Shown: positions 18,939 to 34,616 of the stretch, piece by piece
How the letters are laid out: each line of letters starts with the position of its first letter
Position numbering within the stretch: position 1 is the first letter of the stretch
Origin: the human T2T-CHM13v2.0 reference genome, Homo sapiens
Length of the DNA stretch: 64,000 nucleotides
Strand: one strand, 5' to 3'
Assembly (NCBI RefSeq): GCF_009914755.1
Contig: NC_060928.1
Translations under genes and position numbers: made by a program
The notes under the pieces: generated by a model
What the model was told of the DNA's origin: nothing
What the model saw: only the letters and a program-made list of their open reading frames with translations
Database searches by the model: none

Positions 18939-19416
18939 GATGTTTTTTTGTCTGGTTTTAATATCAGGGTAATACTGGCTTCAGAAAATGAGTTTGGAAG
19001 TATTCCCATCTCCTTGATTTATTGGAATCATTTGAGTAGAGTTGGTATTACTTTTTTAAATGTTTAGCAGAATTCAGCAGTGAAGCCATCAGGTCCTGGG
19101 CTTTTCTTTGATGGGAGACTTTTTATTACTGCTCTTATCTCATTACTTGTTATTGGTCTATTGTTATTTGGATTTCTTCATGCTTCACTCTTGGTTGGGT
19201 GTATATTTCTAGGAATTGATCCATTTCTTCTAGGTTTTCCAATTTATTGGGATATTGTTTCTCCTAATAGTCTCTAATGATCCTTTGAATTTCTGTGATA
19301 TCAGTTGTAATGTCCCCTTTTTCATCTCTGCTTTTATTTAATTGGGTCTTGTCTCTTTTTTTCTTACCTTGGCTAAAAGTTTTTCAATTTTGTTTATCTT
19401 TTCAAAAAACCAATTA

Positions 19417-19600
19417 GCCAGATGCAGTGGCACACATCTGTAGTCCAAGCTACACAGGAGGCTGAGGCAGGAGAATTGGATCAGCCGAGACTAGGAGTTT
19501 GAGGCTTCAGTGCACTATGATCACACCTGTGAATAGCCACTGTATTCTAGCTTGGGCAACATAGTGATGAACCATCTGTTAAAAACAAAAAACAAAAAAA
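19417..19600 (+). mobile_element. FAM (fossil Alu monomer, 7SL-derived)
   Basis: Monomer with 7SL-like ctgtgaatagccactg...gggcaacatag and A tail. Confidence 0.7.
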
Positions 19601-21653
19601 TCCAGTTTTTTTGTTTGGTTGATCTTTTGTATTTTTTTAATCTCAATTTTAATAATTTTTGCTCTGATCTTTCTTTTCTTCTAATTTTGAGTTTGGTTTG
19701 CTATTGCTTTCTCTTTAAAAGTTATTTTAGTTATTATTTTTGATGGGTTTTTCTTTTAGTCTACTAAAATATGCATGATTTATATACAACAATTACAGTG
19801 TTAGAGTATTCTGTATTTTTTATGTACTTATTATCACTAGTGAATTTTATTCTGTCAGATGATTTCTTGTTGCTCATAAACATTCTTCCAGATTGAAGAC
19901 CTCTCTTTAGCATTTTTTGTAAGGCACATCTAGTGCTACAAAATCCATCAGCTTTTGTTTGTCTGGGGAAGTCTTTATCTCTCCTTCATGTTTGAAGGAT
20001 AATTTTGCTGGATATAATATTCTAGGTTGGAACAGTTTTTTCCTTCAGCATTTTGAATGGGTCATTCCATTTCCTCCTGGCCTATGAGGTGTCCAGTAGG
20101 AATTCTGCTGTCAGAAATGTCAGAGCTCCTTTATATGTTATTTGTATATTTTCTCTTGCTGCTTTTAGGATCCTTTCTTTATCCTTCTCCTTTGAGTTTG
20201 ATAATTATATACCTTGAGGTAGTTGTATTTGGGTTAAATCTTCTTGGTGTTCTGTGATCTTTTCATACTTGGATATTCATACTGTAGGTTTGAAGAGTTC
20301 TCTGTAACTAAACTTTCTATTGCACTGTCTGTCTTTACATCCTCTTTAAGGCCAATAATTCTTAGATTTGCCCTTTTGAGGTTATTTTCCAGATCTCGTA
20401 GCCATGCTTTATTCTTTTTTATTCTTTCTTATTTTTCCCCCGACTGTGTATTTCCATATAGCCTGTTGTTGAGCTCATCAGTTTTTCCTTCTGCTTGATC
20501 AGTTCTGCTGTTGAGATTCTTTGATGATTTTTCAGTTTGTCATTTGAATTTTTCAGTTCCAGAATTTCTACTTGATTTTTAAAATTTTAATCTCTTAGTT
20601 AAATTTCTCTGATAGAATTCTGAATTCCTTCTCTTGTTTTCTTGATGTTCATTGAGTTTCCTCCAGACAGCTATTTTGAATTTCCTATCTGAAAGGAATA
20701 CCTTCATCACTCCAAGATTGGTCACTAGTGCCTTATTTAGTCCATTTGGTGAAGTCATGTTTCCTTGTGTGTCCCTGATGCTTTCGGATGTTCATTGATG
20801 TCTGGGCATTGAAGAGTTAGGTATTTATTCCAGTCTTTGCAGTCTAGTCTTGTTTGTACCCAACTTTCTTGACAAGGCTTTCCATGAATTCAAAGGGGAT
20901 TGAGTATTGTGATCTAAGCCTGCAATTACTGCAGCCATTTCAGCACTAGGGGGCGCCCTAAGCTCCGGAGCGCCTCAACTCTTTTTTTTTTTTTTGATTT
21001 TGTGTTTATTGTTTTTTATTAACCATTCACAGAAAAACATGCACCTAATATGCAACTTGAAAGTCCAGTTCACAACTCATGATTCAAAAAGCAGAAATTT
21101 CAAACCATTGTTTTCAGAAGTCCATAATATAAAATACTCCAAACATAAATTCAACATTGCATGCAGCAACTGGCCATTTGCTTCAAAAGAAGTGATCACA
21201 GTGTGTATATATTTAAAAAGAGAAACCTTTATTTGTATTATTTTTTAAAAAACTAAGAAGAAATACAACTTCAGAAAATCTTTTCCAGAATAAATATTTC
21301 TAGAAAATTGAAAAGTAACTAAAGACATTGAAAAGCAGAGCTTTATTAAGAAACATCTGTGGTGCAGATACGAATATTTAACTTAAAGCTGTGATGTGTA
21401 CCTAAACTTCAATGCATAAAATGTAAAGTTTAACATATCAAAACTCCAGGATTTTTAGCTTTGGATCATCTTAAAACTATAAGATAGCTCTTATCACATT
21501 TAAAGCAGTGTGTAGAGGGAAATTTATAGCACTAAATGCCCACAAGAGAAAGCAGGAAAGATCTAAAATTGACACCCTAACATCACAATTAAAAGAACTA
21601 GAGAAGCAAGAGCAAACACATTCAAAAGCTAGCAGAAGGCAAGAAATAACTAA

Positions 21654-22768
<1,115 letters not shown>

Positions 22769-22831
22769 TATGATGTTAGCTAGTTATTTTGCTCGTTAGT
22801 TGATGCAGTTTCTTCCTAGCATCGATGGTCT

Positions 22832-23848
22832 TTACAATTTGGCATGTTTTTGCAGTGGCTGGTACCGGTTGTTCTTTTCCATGTTTAGTGCTTCTTTCAG
22901 GAGCTCTTTTAGGGCAGGCTTGGTGGTGACAAAATCTCTCTGCATTTGCTTGTCTGTAAAGGATTTTATTTCTCCTTCACTTATGAAGCTTAGTTTGGCT
23001 GGATATGAAATTCTGGGTTGAAAATTCTTTTCTTTAAGAATGTTGAATATTGGCCCCCACTCTCTTCTGGCGTGTAGAGTTTCTGCTGAGAGATCAGCTG
23101 TTAGTCTGATGGGCTTCCCTTTGAGGGTAACCCGACCTTTCTCTCTGGCTGCCCTTAACATTTTTTCCTTCATTTCAACTTTGGTGAATCTGACAATTAT
23201 GTGTCTTGGAGTTGTTCTTCTCGAGGAGTATCTTTGTGGCATTCTCTGTATTTCCTGAATTTGAACGTTGGCCTGCCTTGCTAGGTTGGGGAAGTTCTCC
23301 TGGATAATATCCTGCAGAGTGTTTTCCAACTTGGTTCCATTCTCCCCATCACTTTCAGGTACACCAATCAGACGTAGATTTGGTCTTTTGACATAGTTCC
23401 ATATTTCTTGGAGGCTTTGTTAGTTTCTTTTTACTCTTTTTTCTCTAAACTTCTCTTCTCGCTTCTTTTCATTTATTTGATCTTCAGTCACTGATACCCT
23501 TTCTTCCAGTTGATCTAATCGGCTACTGAAGCTTGTGCATGCATCACGTAGTTCTTGTGCCATGGTTTTCAGCTCCTTCAGGTCATTTAAGGACTTCTCT
23601 ACACTGGTTATTCTAGTTAGCCATTTGTCTAATCTTTTTTCAAGGTTTTTAGCTTCTTTGCGATGAGTTCCAACTTCCTCCTTTAGCTCAGAGAAGTTTG
23701 ATCATCTGAAGCCTTCTTCTCCCAACTCGTCAAAGTCATTCTCCATCCAGCTTTGTTGCGTTTCTGGCAAGGAGCTGTGCTCCTTTGGAGTGGGAGAGGC
23801 CCTCTGGTTTTTAGAATTTTCAGCTTTTCTGCTTTGTTTTATCCCCAT
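22832..23848 (-). pseudogene. L1 ORF1, full 338-codon span with a premature TAA at codon 143
   Basis: ATG at 23848, stop 22832-22834; in-frame TAA at 23420-23422; C-terminal half open in the ORF track. Confidence 0.85.
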
Positions 23849-24855
23849 CTTTCTGGTTTTATCTACCTTTGGTCTTTGATGATGGTGACGTACAGATGGG
23901 GTTTTGGTGTGGATGTCCTTTCTGTTTGTTAGTTTTCCTTCTAACAGTGAGGACCCTCAGCTGCAGGTCTGTTGGAGTTTGCTGGAAGTCCACTCCAGAC
24001 CCTGTTTGCCAGGGTATCAGCAGCAGAGGCTGCAGAACAGCAAATGTTGCTGCCTGATCGTTCCTCTGGAAGCTTTGTCTGAGAGGAGTACCCGGCTGTG
24101 TGAGGTGTCAGTCTGCCCCTACTGGAGGGTGCCTCCCAGTTAGGCTACTCGGGGGTCAGGGACCCACTTGAGGAGGCAGTCTGTCTGTTCTCAGATCTGA
24201 AACTCCATGCTGGGAGAACCACTGCTCTCTTCAAAGCTGTCAGACAGGGACATTTAAGTCTGCAAAGGTTTCTGCTGCCTTTTGTTTGGCTATGCCCTGC
24301 CCCCAGAGGTGGAGTCTACAGAGGCAGGCAGGCCTCCTTGAGCTGGGGTGGGCTCCACTCAGTTCGAGCTTCCTGGCTGCTTTGTTTACCTACTCAAGCC
24401 TCAGCAATGGCAGGCGCCCATCCCCGAGCCTCGCTGCCGCCTTGCAGTTTGATCTCAGACTGCTGTGCTAGCAGTGAGCGAGGCTCTGTGGGCGTGGGAG
24501 CCTCCAAGCCAGGAGCAGGATATTATCTCTTGGTGTGCCGTTTGCTAAGACCGTTGGAAAAGTGCAGTATTAGGGTGGGAGTGACCCAATTTTCCAGGTG
24601 CCATCTGTCACAGCTTCCCTTGGCTAGGAAAGGGAATTCCCCGACCCCTTGCACTTCCCTGGGTAAGGTGATGCCTCGTCCTGCTTCGGCTCATGCTCGG
24701 TGGGCTGCACCCACTGTCCTGCACCCACTGTCTGACAAGCCCCAGTGAGATGATCCCGGTACCTCAGTTGGAAATGTCTCTGCATTTTCTGCGTCGCTCA
24801 CGCTGGGAGCTATAGACTGGAGCTGTTCCTATTCGGCCATCTTGGAACTGCCCTC
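23849..24855. promoter_or_regulatory. L1 5'UTR with sense promoter (minus) and antisense promoter (plus, PTPN13 direction); YY1 site gccatctt at 24836-24843
   Basis: Complete 5'UTR sequence; activity inferred from family knowledge only. Confidence 0.6.
24407..24748 (+). CDS. L1 ORF0 homologue, open and extended to 113 aa (putative)
   Basis: gcaATGG Kozak; MAGAHPRASLPPCSLISDCCASSERGSVGVG...IRVGVTQFSRC matches the recalled L1HS ORF0; expression not shown. Confidence 0.6.
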   Translation: MAGAHPRASLPPCSLISDCCASSERGSVGVGASKPGAGYYLLVCRLLRPLEKCSIRVGVTQFSRCHLSQLPLARKGNSPTPCTSLGKVMPRPASAHARWAAPTVLHPLSDKPQ

Positions 24856-26592
24856 ACTGCAACTCTTGCAGACCCCTAAATACACTGCCTTGGTGAACTT
24901 GGATAAGATAAGGAAGATTCCCTAGGTTAGCAGGCAAAGTCACTTGCTCTCTTTTCTCTCTTTTCCCCAGTCAGAAGGAACCTCTCTCTGTACTAGGCTG
25001 CCTGGAGTTGAGGGAGAGGTGACACAGACTTTCCTGTGATCACCACAGCTGACACTACAGAGTCTCACCTGAAGGCTTGCAGACCAGCACAGTACTGGAG
25101 TTCACCAGTACTGGTAGCCACTACCGCCTAGCTGCTGCTGATGTTTATTCAAGGACCATGACCACTTTAGTCAGCAGGTGGTGAATCCTGCTGGGACTGA
25201 GTCTCTTCCATCAGGACAGTGCATTTTCTTCTGGCCCAGAATGGGTCTAGAAACACCATCTAGGAGCAAAGACTTGGAATTGGGGGCTTCGGGAATCTGC
25301 TAAGCTGGTGCCCAAGTTGCAAGACAAAGTCCTCTGTGCTCTTCCCACTCCATCCTCCACATGGAAGATGTCTCCCCAAGAGCTGCACTGCCTGGAACTG
25401 GGGAGGGGTGATACAGGCACTCCCTTAGCTGCCACAGTTGGTTTTGCCCTGGGTTGCATTCCAAGTCCACTGCCTCTGAGACTAGTGCAGCACCAGCGTT
25501 TGCCTGAGGACTGCAGTCCTTGTGGCCTGACTGCCACTCAAATTTATTCTGTGATCCAGGCCACTTTAGTCAGCTGGTGGGGAAGCCCCACTGGCCTGAA
25601 ACTGGGTTCTTCTCGCTGGAGTTGGGGATTCCCCTGTGGCCCACTGGTAGTCTGAATGCTCCCTCCATAGGCATTGACGGAATTCCTACCTGTGTTGTGT
25701 TCTGCTATGACAGAGCAGCACTGAGCTCCATTGTAAAGTCCCCCACTAACTTCACTCTCTCCTCCATGCACATAGACTCTGTCTCCTCAATGCACTGCCT
25801 GGGATTGCTGTAGTCAATGCAAGACTGTCTCTCCTACATTCTTGAATGCCTCTTTCCTTGATAAAAAGTACCTGGTTTGAACATAGGTACTTTTATCACT
25901 CACCTGATCTTTTTGTTCTTATGAAGATGCTTTCTTGCATGGATGGTTGTTCAATTTAGTGTTCCTGATGGGGGATTATTGCTCAGGGTTCTATCTGGCC
26001 ATCTTGCTCTGTCTCCTACTTCCTGGTTATTTTTAAAAACTTCTGTTTTCTTTTCAAAGAGAAAATTAGTAAAATAGAAAATAGTGCTGAAGAGATCACC
26101 CTAATACTAAAAATATGAGAGAGTTTAGGTTTATGAAGCATTCAATGAGAAGGTCCAACATACCTCTGAGTTCCAGAAGGAAAACCAAGAGGATAGGAAA
26201 CAGAACAATTAATGAAGATATAATAGTTGATAATTTTTGAGAGCTGATAAAATATATAGATCTTCAAATTCTAGAAGCTTAAGGCACAGTCAAAATTTTA
26301 AAAAAAATTCTACACGTAGATTAATGGGATTGGAAATACAGGACACCATAAACAAGGAGAAGGTTTTTAAAGCAGTCAGAGAGAAAAAGAAAGCTGAATT
26401 ATCTACAAAGAAAAAGGAATTAGCTAAGAGCAGACTGAACAGTAAAAATAAGGTCAGAATTTGGTAGAATTAAATAAATTCTTAAAACTACTTAATTTCA
26501 CTAAGAAATAAAATCTTAAAACTGCTGTGAGGATACATCATAATTATTTTAAGGAAAAAGAGAAAATATTATCACTATAACAACCTAGAATA

Positions 26593-27392
<800 letters not shown>

Positions 27393-29773
27393 GATAGAAT
27401 TTGATGTCTTTCTAAACTTTGGTTCAAGATTAAGGTCAAAACAAAACATTTTCATATGAAAACTGTGAGTACTTATGTATTTCAAGAAGAAGGAAATATA
27501 ACCCAGAAGGAAGTAAAAGGTTCAAGAAGGAACAATAAGCAAAATAATCAGTCAACTTGATGATCAATCTAAGCAATCAATGGCTGTATAAAACATCAAC
27601 AGCAATCATCTCAAATTTAAAATTATAAGTAAAACAGTAGTATGTGAGACTGATGTCGGTGATAGGAGTTAAAGCAGTCTAAGGGTCGATCTGTTTATGA
27701 GAATAGCAATAATTTGCCTTAGAGTTTGCATAGTTCAAATATCCTTAAAGTTTTTAGCAATAATCACAAAATAAAAAAGAAAGTGTAAAACTTCCCATCT
27801 GGTAGAAACAAAGGAGAATAAGTAACACGATTAAAGCATAAGAAGAGAGCCAAAGCATGAACTTCAAATTGAATTCCTGAGGTTTTTTTTTAAAAAAAAG
27901 ACTTTATAGGAAATATAGAAAGTTTTTATGGATTAAAAGTTTTAAAGTAAATCTTTGTACAGGGTATGCAGCTTTTAAAAGATCAAATTCTAACTAGTGC
28001 CTTAATTATTATATTCCTTTTTATCTATAGCCATAATTTTGTTGATTAAGAGGGTGTATTAGTTGTCTTTGACATGCTACATCTTGCCCTGCATTCGTAA
28101 CTCCAGAATTAACATGTCCTTAAGTTAAATGTGTTTGAACTGTGTGAAATTACGCATTTGTTCCCTGGAAACAAACTATAAAATACAAAATTAAATTTAA
28201 TATATAACATGCTTAATATGAATAATGTAGGTTATTTGATAAGTATATGACACACTTGTAGCAAACTACCCCTTCCCCACAAACACAGTCAATACACTGT
28301 GTTTTAATTTAAAACTATTTTGACTTCAGATGTTCTAAACAGCCAGTTTTATATATTTAAATAGCCATGCAGTTAGATAGGAGAGTTGCTACAGTTCATC
28401 TTCTCTAGTCCTATCCTTGGTGATAAATGTTACTTTTACTCACTATATTTATTGTTTAAATTTTTATACTTAACAGAGACTTTATTATTGTTGAGGTATA
28501 ACATATATTGCAAACAGCATTATTCTTAATTGTACAGCCTGATTAATTTTATGAATGTATGCACTCATACAATTACCACCCAGATTCAGAGCATTTCAGC
28601 ACCTAGAAGTCTCCCTCATGTTCCCTCCTAGTCAATTCTTGTTTACCAAGGGTAATCACTGCTATGACATATCACACAGATAATATTTGCCTGGTTTTGG
28701 ACATCATAAAAATAGAATCATACAATGTAAACTCTTGGGTGTCTGACTTCTTTTACTCAACATTCTGTGAGACATTCAGATTTTGTGACTAAGGCTTTTA
28801 CAGAAAACATTTTACAAGTATTTCTCAATATCTTTTCTCCAATATAGAAATTAAAAAAGAGCTTTACACCTTGTATCATTTAGTAACAAGTTAAAATTTT
28901 ACTTTCTTGGGGTGATGTGTGTCAGTCATAGTTAGCATTTTTATAAGAAATGTATACTATTTTAAAAAAATTGAATAGTTTACCATTCAAATAATCTTCC
29001 TTCCTCCTTTTCTTTTTGAGAAGGAAAATGTCTTTACAAGGTAAGTGGCAAGGCAGAGAGGGGTGAGGGAGTTATGTCAATAGCAGCAGAGAATGGCATT
29101 AGTGATCAGAAAAATATTTTTCATGAGTTCCTACAGATCATGTTTACATGGAACCATGTCATCACAAGTCAAAGCCAGTTCCGCTCTGCAAAGATATATG
29201 TATTTTCCTCTGGAAGCTAAAAATATACACTATTCCTCATTGACCTTTTCATCCAATTCTCCAAAAATGAAATCAATGCCAGTCATCATCTTTGATATTA
29301 TAGGTGTTTCTGTCTTTGTGTAAATTTCAGGCCCTTGAAAGTAAAATGAAATCACTGAGTTTATTCTTTAAATTTTGTGTCTGCTCCTCTTACACCCCCA
29401 ACCCCAAGATTTATGCAGATTGCAGAGATGGAAGAAAAAAGATCTCTTTTAACTTGAAACTTTGTCTGCACTTGCAAAAATAAAAAAAAATTTAAAACCT
29501 GCTGCTTTATAAAAGTCCTTTACTGTAAAACTTTTTTTTACTGGTAATTATCTCTGTTGTAGTTTATTTTGTCTGGCAAAATGTAATGTGGCAGCTGTAA
29601 AATCTACAGAGGCTTAATGAAATTGCTAGGTGGCAACAGAAATGCTAGCATTTTAAAAGGCTTAGCACATCATTCCAAAATTGCTTTGACAAAATTGTTA
29701 AGCTAACAATAAGATCAAGTTTTTAAATAGAATTTACCATTCATGGTTAACATTTTTATAGCTGCTTTAATAG

Positions 29774-30114
<341 letters not shown>

Positions 30115-30371
30115 TGTTATATTTTTAAAAAGAAACCACTTTTAAGCAAACTGTCGTTTAGAAGTCTGCAGCTAAAATATTACACATACATAGAGTAGTT
30201 TTGCTCTCAAAGTTTGGATACTCTTCAGGAAAATAAAAAATTGATATTAATTCCATGACCTTGAGGTACTGGTTATATGCCTAATAATGCATTTGTATAT
30301 CAGACAGGGTGAGAGATTAAAGGTGCTCACCTCATACGTTATGGATATTGGTTTATAGAACGTGTTGGATA

Positions 30372-30510
30372 ACAGGCACTTACTACAGCTACTTGGAAGC
30401 AGAAGCAGGAGGATTGCTTGAGCCCAGAAGTTTGAGGATGCAGCCAGCTATGATTGCACCACTGCTCTCCAGCCTGGGTGACAGAGTGAGACCCCAACTC
30501 TTAAAAATAA
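30372..30510 (+). mobile_element. Alu right monomer (FRAM/AluJ fragment)
   Basis: ggattgcttgagccc...cagcctgggtgacagagtgagacc plus A tail. Confidence 0.75.
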
Positions 30511-30630
30511 ATGAGTAAATATAGAAAGTGTTACAGAAGAAACAAAATGCTTAGGAAGTTCATTTGTAGTTTGCTTTACTTTGGGAATGAGATAGAAAAA
30601 GCCAAATGAAATTAATGTTTAATTAAGTGG

Positions 30631-31119
30631 TGTAGGGGAAAAGAAGTATCTCTTTCTTACCCATTGCTAGGTTCATGGCTGAGGCCCCTATAATAAAAGA
30701 CAGATTAACAAGAGAAAAGCATACAAATTTATGGTATATAAGTTTTGTATAACACAAGAGCCTTTGGAATTGAAAACCCGAAGGTACAATTAAACCCATG
30801 GGGGGGTTTGCACTGTTTGATGGAGAAGTGGATGAAGTTGAGAGTATAATTGGATAACAAAGTGTGATCTAATGGTAATAAACTGGGGGAAACTTAGCAA
30901 GGCCTTTTTGATCAGATTCTTCTTTGCGTCCCTGTGTCTTCAGAGATGAGGATGTTTCTTTCCTCCAGCTATACAAAGGGCACCTCTTGAATGAAGGTCT
31001 TATGACCTATTTCAGAGGAAAAGGGTGGGAGAAGGTCAGAGAGTGACCTTCCTGCTTCCGTGGTTTTCTCAAATACCAAGGTGCCATAATTATGGGGCAG
31101 CATGTTCTGAACCCCATCA
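30631..31119 (-). mobile_element. ERV1 solo LTR (MER31/MER34/MER39 group)
   Basis: TG...CA termini, 4-bp TSD GTGG (30627, 31120); minus strand starts tgatggggttcagaacatgctgccccataattatggcacc. Confidence 0.75.
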
Positions 31120-32343
31120 GTGGATAAGGCAATTTATTTCTAAATGTCAGTGGCAGTCTCAAATTGGTGCTCTTTAATCAGCTTCCATATTATAAATAGA
31201 GAAGAGCTATTTAGGTCTCATTTGTAGTTGGAAATTACTGATAGTTATTCTGCCTTTCTAATAAAATAATGTAATTATAATTTGGATAAAATAGTTACTT
31301 GTAACACTTTTTGGCTAGCTGTATCTCCTGTAAAATGCCTTACTTACAGCTTTGTAAGCTGTAAAACAAACAAAAAGCATCAGGAAAGGATATAAAGTCA
31401 TACATACCTCATTTTATGTACTTAATACCAGTTAATTGACATATAATTGGAGCAAGTACAAGATCAAGAAGCAACTTAATTAGTGATACCATTTTAATGT
31501 CCCTAATGAGAGCAGTGGTTTTCATTTGTGTGTAGGATAGGTTGGTACACATATTGGAATCTCCAGGAAACTTTTTAAAAATACTGTGTAGATTCCTGTA
31601 CTCTGTCTCCAGAATTCACACCAAAGTCCTCAGTGGATCAGGAAACAGAAAGCCTGCGTAATTTCTTAATTACCTTAAACTCCCAAAGTCAGACATTGTA
31701 AATAAGTTTGTTTCAGTATTCAAATAAGCCAAGCTGACTCTTATCTTAAATCATACTTGAAAATGTAACTAAAAGAGATTAGAGAATAAAGATCAAGAGT
31801 ATTTTCTGGGTGAATAATTTATACAGTTTCTGGTATCTGAAAGTTGAAAGAAAACTTTGCTTTTCTTGATAGTGGAACTTCAAAATTTTTGTGTGTGTGT
31901 GGTCAGCAAAGTCTAAATTAGTAAGTTATTCTCAAGCAGGGCAGAAAGGCAACTTTAAAAGGTTGTGGACCTGTGGTATAGATTTTAAATGGGAAACAAA
32001 TTCTTTTTCTTGCAAATATTTCAATTAGATAATTCTAATGGCATTGTACCTGATCTTTAGAGAAATTATAGTTTGTATCCTTAAACCACTTTTATTGTAG
32101 AAGAAATATGTGAAAACAGAGTTACAAAAACTTTTTTTCAGTATTTTGGCATGTAATTTTGGGAGATACAGTTTTTATTGATGGTAAGCATAAAGCAGTT
32201 GGTGGAAAAGGTGGAAGTGAAAGGCAAATCAAAGAGGAAGAACATAGTATTTCAAAGGAATAAAGTGAGCAGCTCCTCAGCACATTATTAGGAAGGAGGA
32301 ATGAAAGGAACTGCTACTATTTCTTTCATGCTACTTGAATCAG

Positions 32344-32543
32344 GTGGCCAAGAAATCAAGAGACCTGCTTCCCTCTATCCACGTTGTCCCATCACTTAAG
32401 CCTTGTTACTTTTAATAATAACCAATTTGGTTTTACTAATATAGTGGCCAAGAAATCAAGAGACCTGCTTCCCTCTATCCACGTTGTCCCATCACTTAAG
32501 CCTTGTTACTTTTAATAATAACCAATTTGGTTTTACTAATATA
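32344..32543 (+). repeat. Perfect 2 x 100-bp tandem duplication
   Basis: 32344-32443 identical to 32444-32543. Confidence 0.97.
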
Positions 32544-33748
32544 GATTGTCTGTATATCACTTGTTTCATTAGTGTTTTGTTGCCAAGTAGCATAGTTCTG
32601 GAAGTACATAACAAAACACAACTACTGGAAGCCTAATTGATCAGTAGCCATACCAGCATTCCAGTGGTTGTGGTTTGAGCAAGCAGCTTGCATGTGTTTA
32701 GTCATTTTAAAAAGAGAGAAAATGTGTGTGTTTGTGTGGCTAATGTCATCATTAAGAAATAAAAATATCTTTTATCTCCTATTCATAAAACAGACCAATT
32801 TGGAGTAACATGTTTGCATGATTTCATGTTATTAGAATATTGCAACTTGTATTACAAATAAAAATTTCTAAAACTATATGCTGATACTGTACTGATCATG
32901 TGCATTCAAATAAATGTCTTCATTTAATAAGTCATGTTTTACCTAAAGTTAATGACTATGTATAGTAAAACACCAATTTGACAAATGTAGTTACTCAATA
33001 AGTACTAATTGGTTTGATCGTCAAATCTTAAAGCAATTGTTCTAAGTTGAGGATCTGTGCTAACTAGGAATATCATGTAATAAGTAATAAATAGACTACT
33101 TACAAAAAGGATATTCCCCAAGAAATTAATTAAAGAACAAATTGATATTTTAGGATACTTTGTACCTTAAATCATTTGTATTTCTAATATTTTTTTCTAC
33201 GTAAAAGATGCCAAAAAATTTCCCAAAGATCTAGAATAGAACGGTTTGAGAATTAGATCTATTATTCTGGAACTACAGTACTTGTCATGGATGATATGCT
33301 CTTTGTCTTCTGTGGGGGGAAAATGCTAAGTAGGTGATTGAGGAAAAATTCAAGGAGTGACTTTTCTTAGACATGTAGTCTACATCTGGTATCTCTGAGA
33401 AAAGGTTTATTAGATAATAATAGTCACCACTTTTATATGGCACTTACTGCTGTATGCCAGGAACCGTTCTAAGTCTTTAGTTTTGGTTTTTGTTTTTTTC
33501 TTTAATCCTCACAGCAGCCTTACCTATGATGTAACAATGATTTTTATAAATAAGGAAATGCAGGCACAGAGGGGCTAAATAACTCACTGAAGATCACTGT
33601 ATAAACCATAAATATCAAACTTGGGATTTGAACCCAGGGATTCTGGCTTACACTATACTGTCTCTCAGTAAAATGAGACTACATACTAAATTACTGAAGT
33701 CAGCTACTATAAAAAGAATGAAATGAAGCTGACAAGTTTCTCTGATAT

Positions 33749-34616
33749 TGAAGCAGCGTCATTGTCTGGGGTAAATACCCGAGGTTCGTAGACTTGCATC
33801 AAGATTAAGGACAGGGACACACATAAGGAGTGAGTTTAGGAACAGAGGTTTTAATAGGCAAAGGAAAGAGAAAGAACAGCTCTCTCTTCTCTCTCTTCTC
33901 TCTCTTCTCTCTCTCTCTTTAGAAGAGCAGCTTAAAAAGGTTGTGGACCTGTGGTATAGACTTAAAATGGGAAACTAATTTTTGCAAATATTTCAATTAA
34001 TTATAATGGCATTGTACCTGATCTTTAGGGAAATTATAATTTGTATCCTTAAACCACTTTTATTCTAGGAGAAATATGTGAAAACAGGGTTACAAAAACA
34101 TTTTCTTTTTTTCTAGAGAGAGAGAAGAAAAAGAGACTCCCGAATTGGAATTTCAGCCCAGAATGGGAGTGTACCAAATTTTGTAGGCAGGCTTGAGGAG
34201 GCGATATCTGATTTACATAGGACCCACAGATTGGCTGGACCAGGTGTGATGTTTACATAGCACGTGGTAAAGGGTGGCCACCCCGCCCTAATCTTATTAT
34301 GCAAATGGACTTTCCACTTGGCTGGCACCATGTTGTCTGCTACTTGCTGTACAGGTGGCTGGCAAAGAGAAGGGAAGATGGAGCCGCCATTTTGAACATG
34401 CCTAGTCCCAGGTAACCTTTTCCTATTGGCACAGCTGCCAGTATTCACCTATGCAAGCTTCCAGCTTGCTTGTCCGTCTGCAGCTCAATTGTACGGGCTA
34501 CTCTCTGTTAGAAAAGAAAATGATTTTGGTACTGCTTTTCATTAAAGGAATACCTTACTGAGGACTTCCTTACTCTCACTATCTGCCTAAATAATTCTTT
34601 TTAAACTCCTATATCA
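33749..34616 (-). mobile_element. ERV1 solo LTR (MER50-like) carrying a ~190-bp foreign insert
   Basis: TG...CA termini, near-TSD atat/gtat; minus strand starts tgatataggagtttaaaaagaattatttaggcagatagtgag. Confidence 0.75.

Noticed and set aside
25140-25580. Repeated tttattc...ccactttagtcagc motif about 400 bp apart
   Set aside because: Most simply internal repetition of the old L1MA 5'UTR
32344-32543. CRISPR-like or other repeat-spacer array
   Set aside because: Two abutting units with no spacers in a mammalian intron
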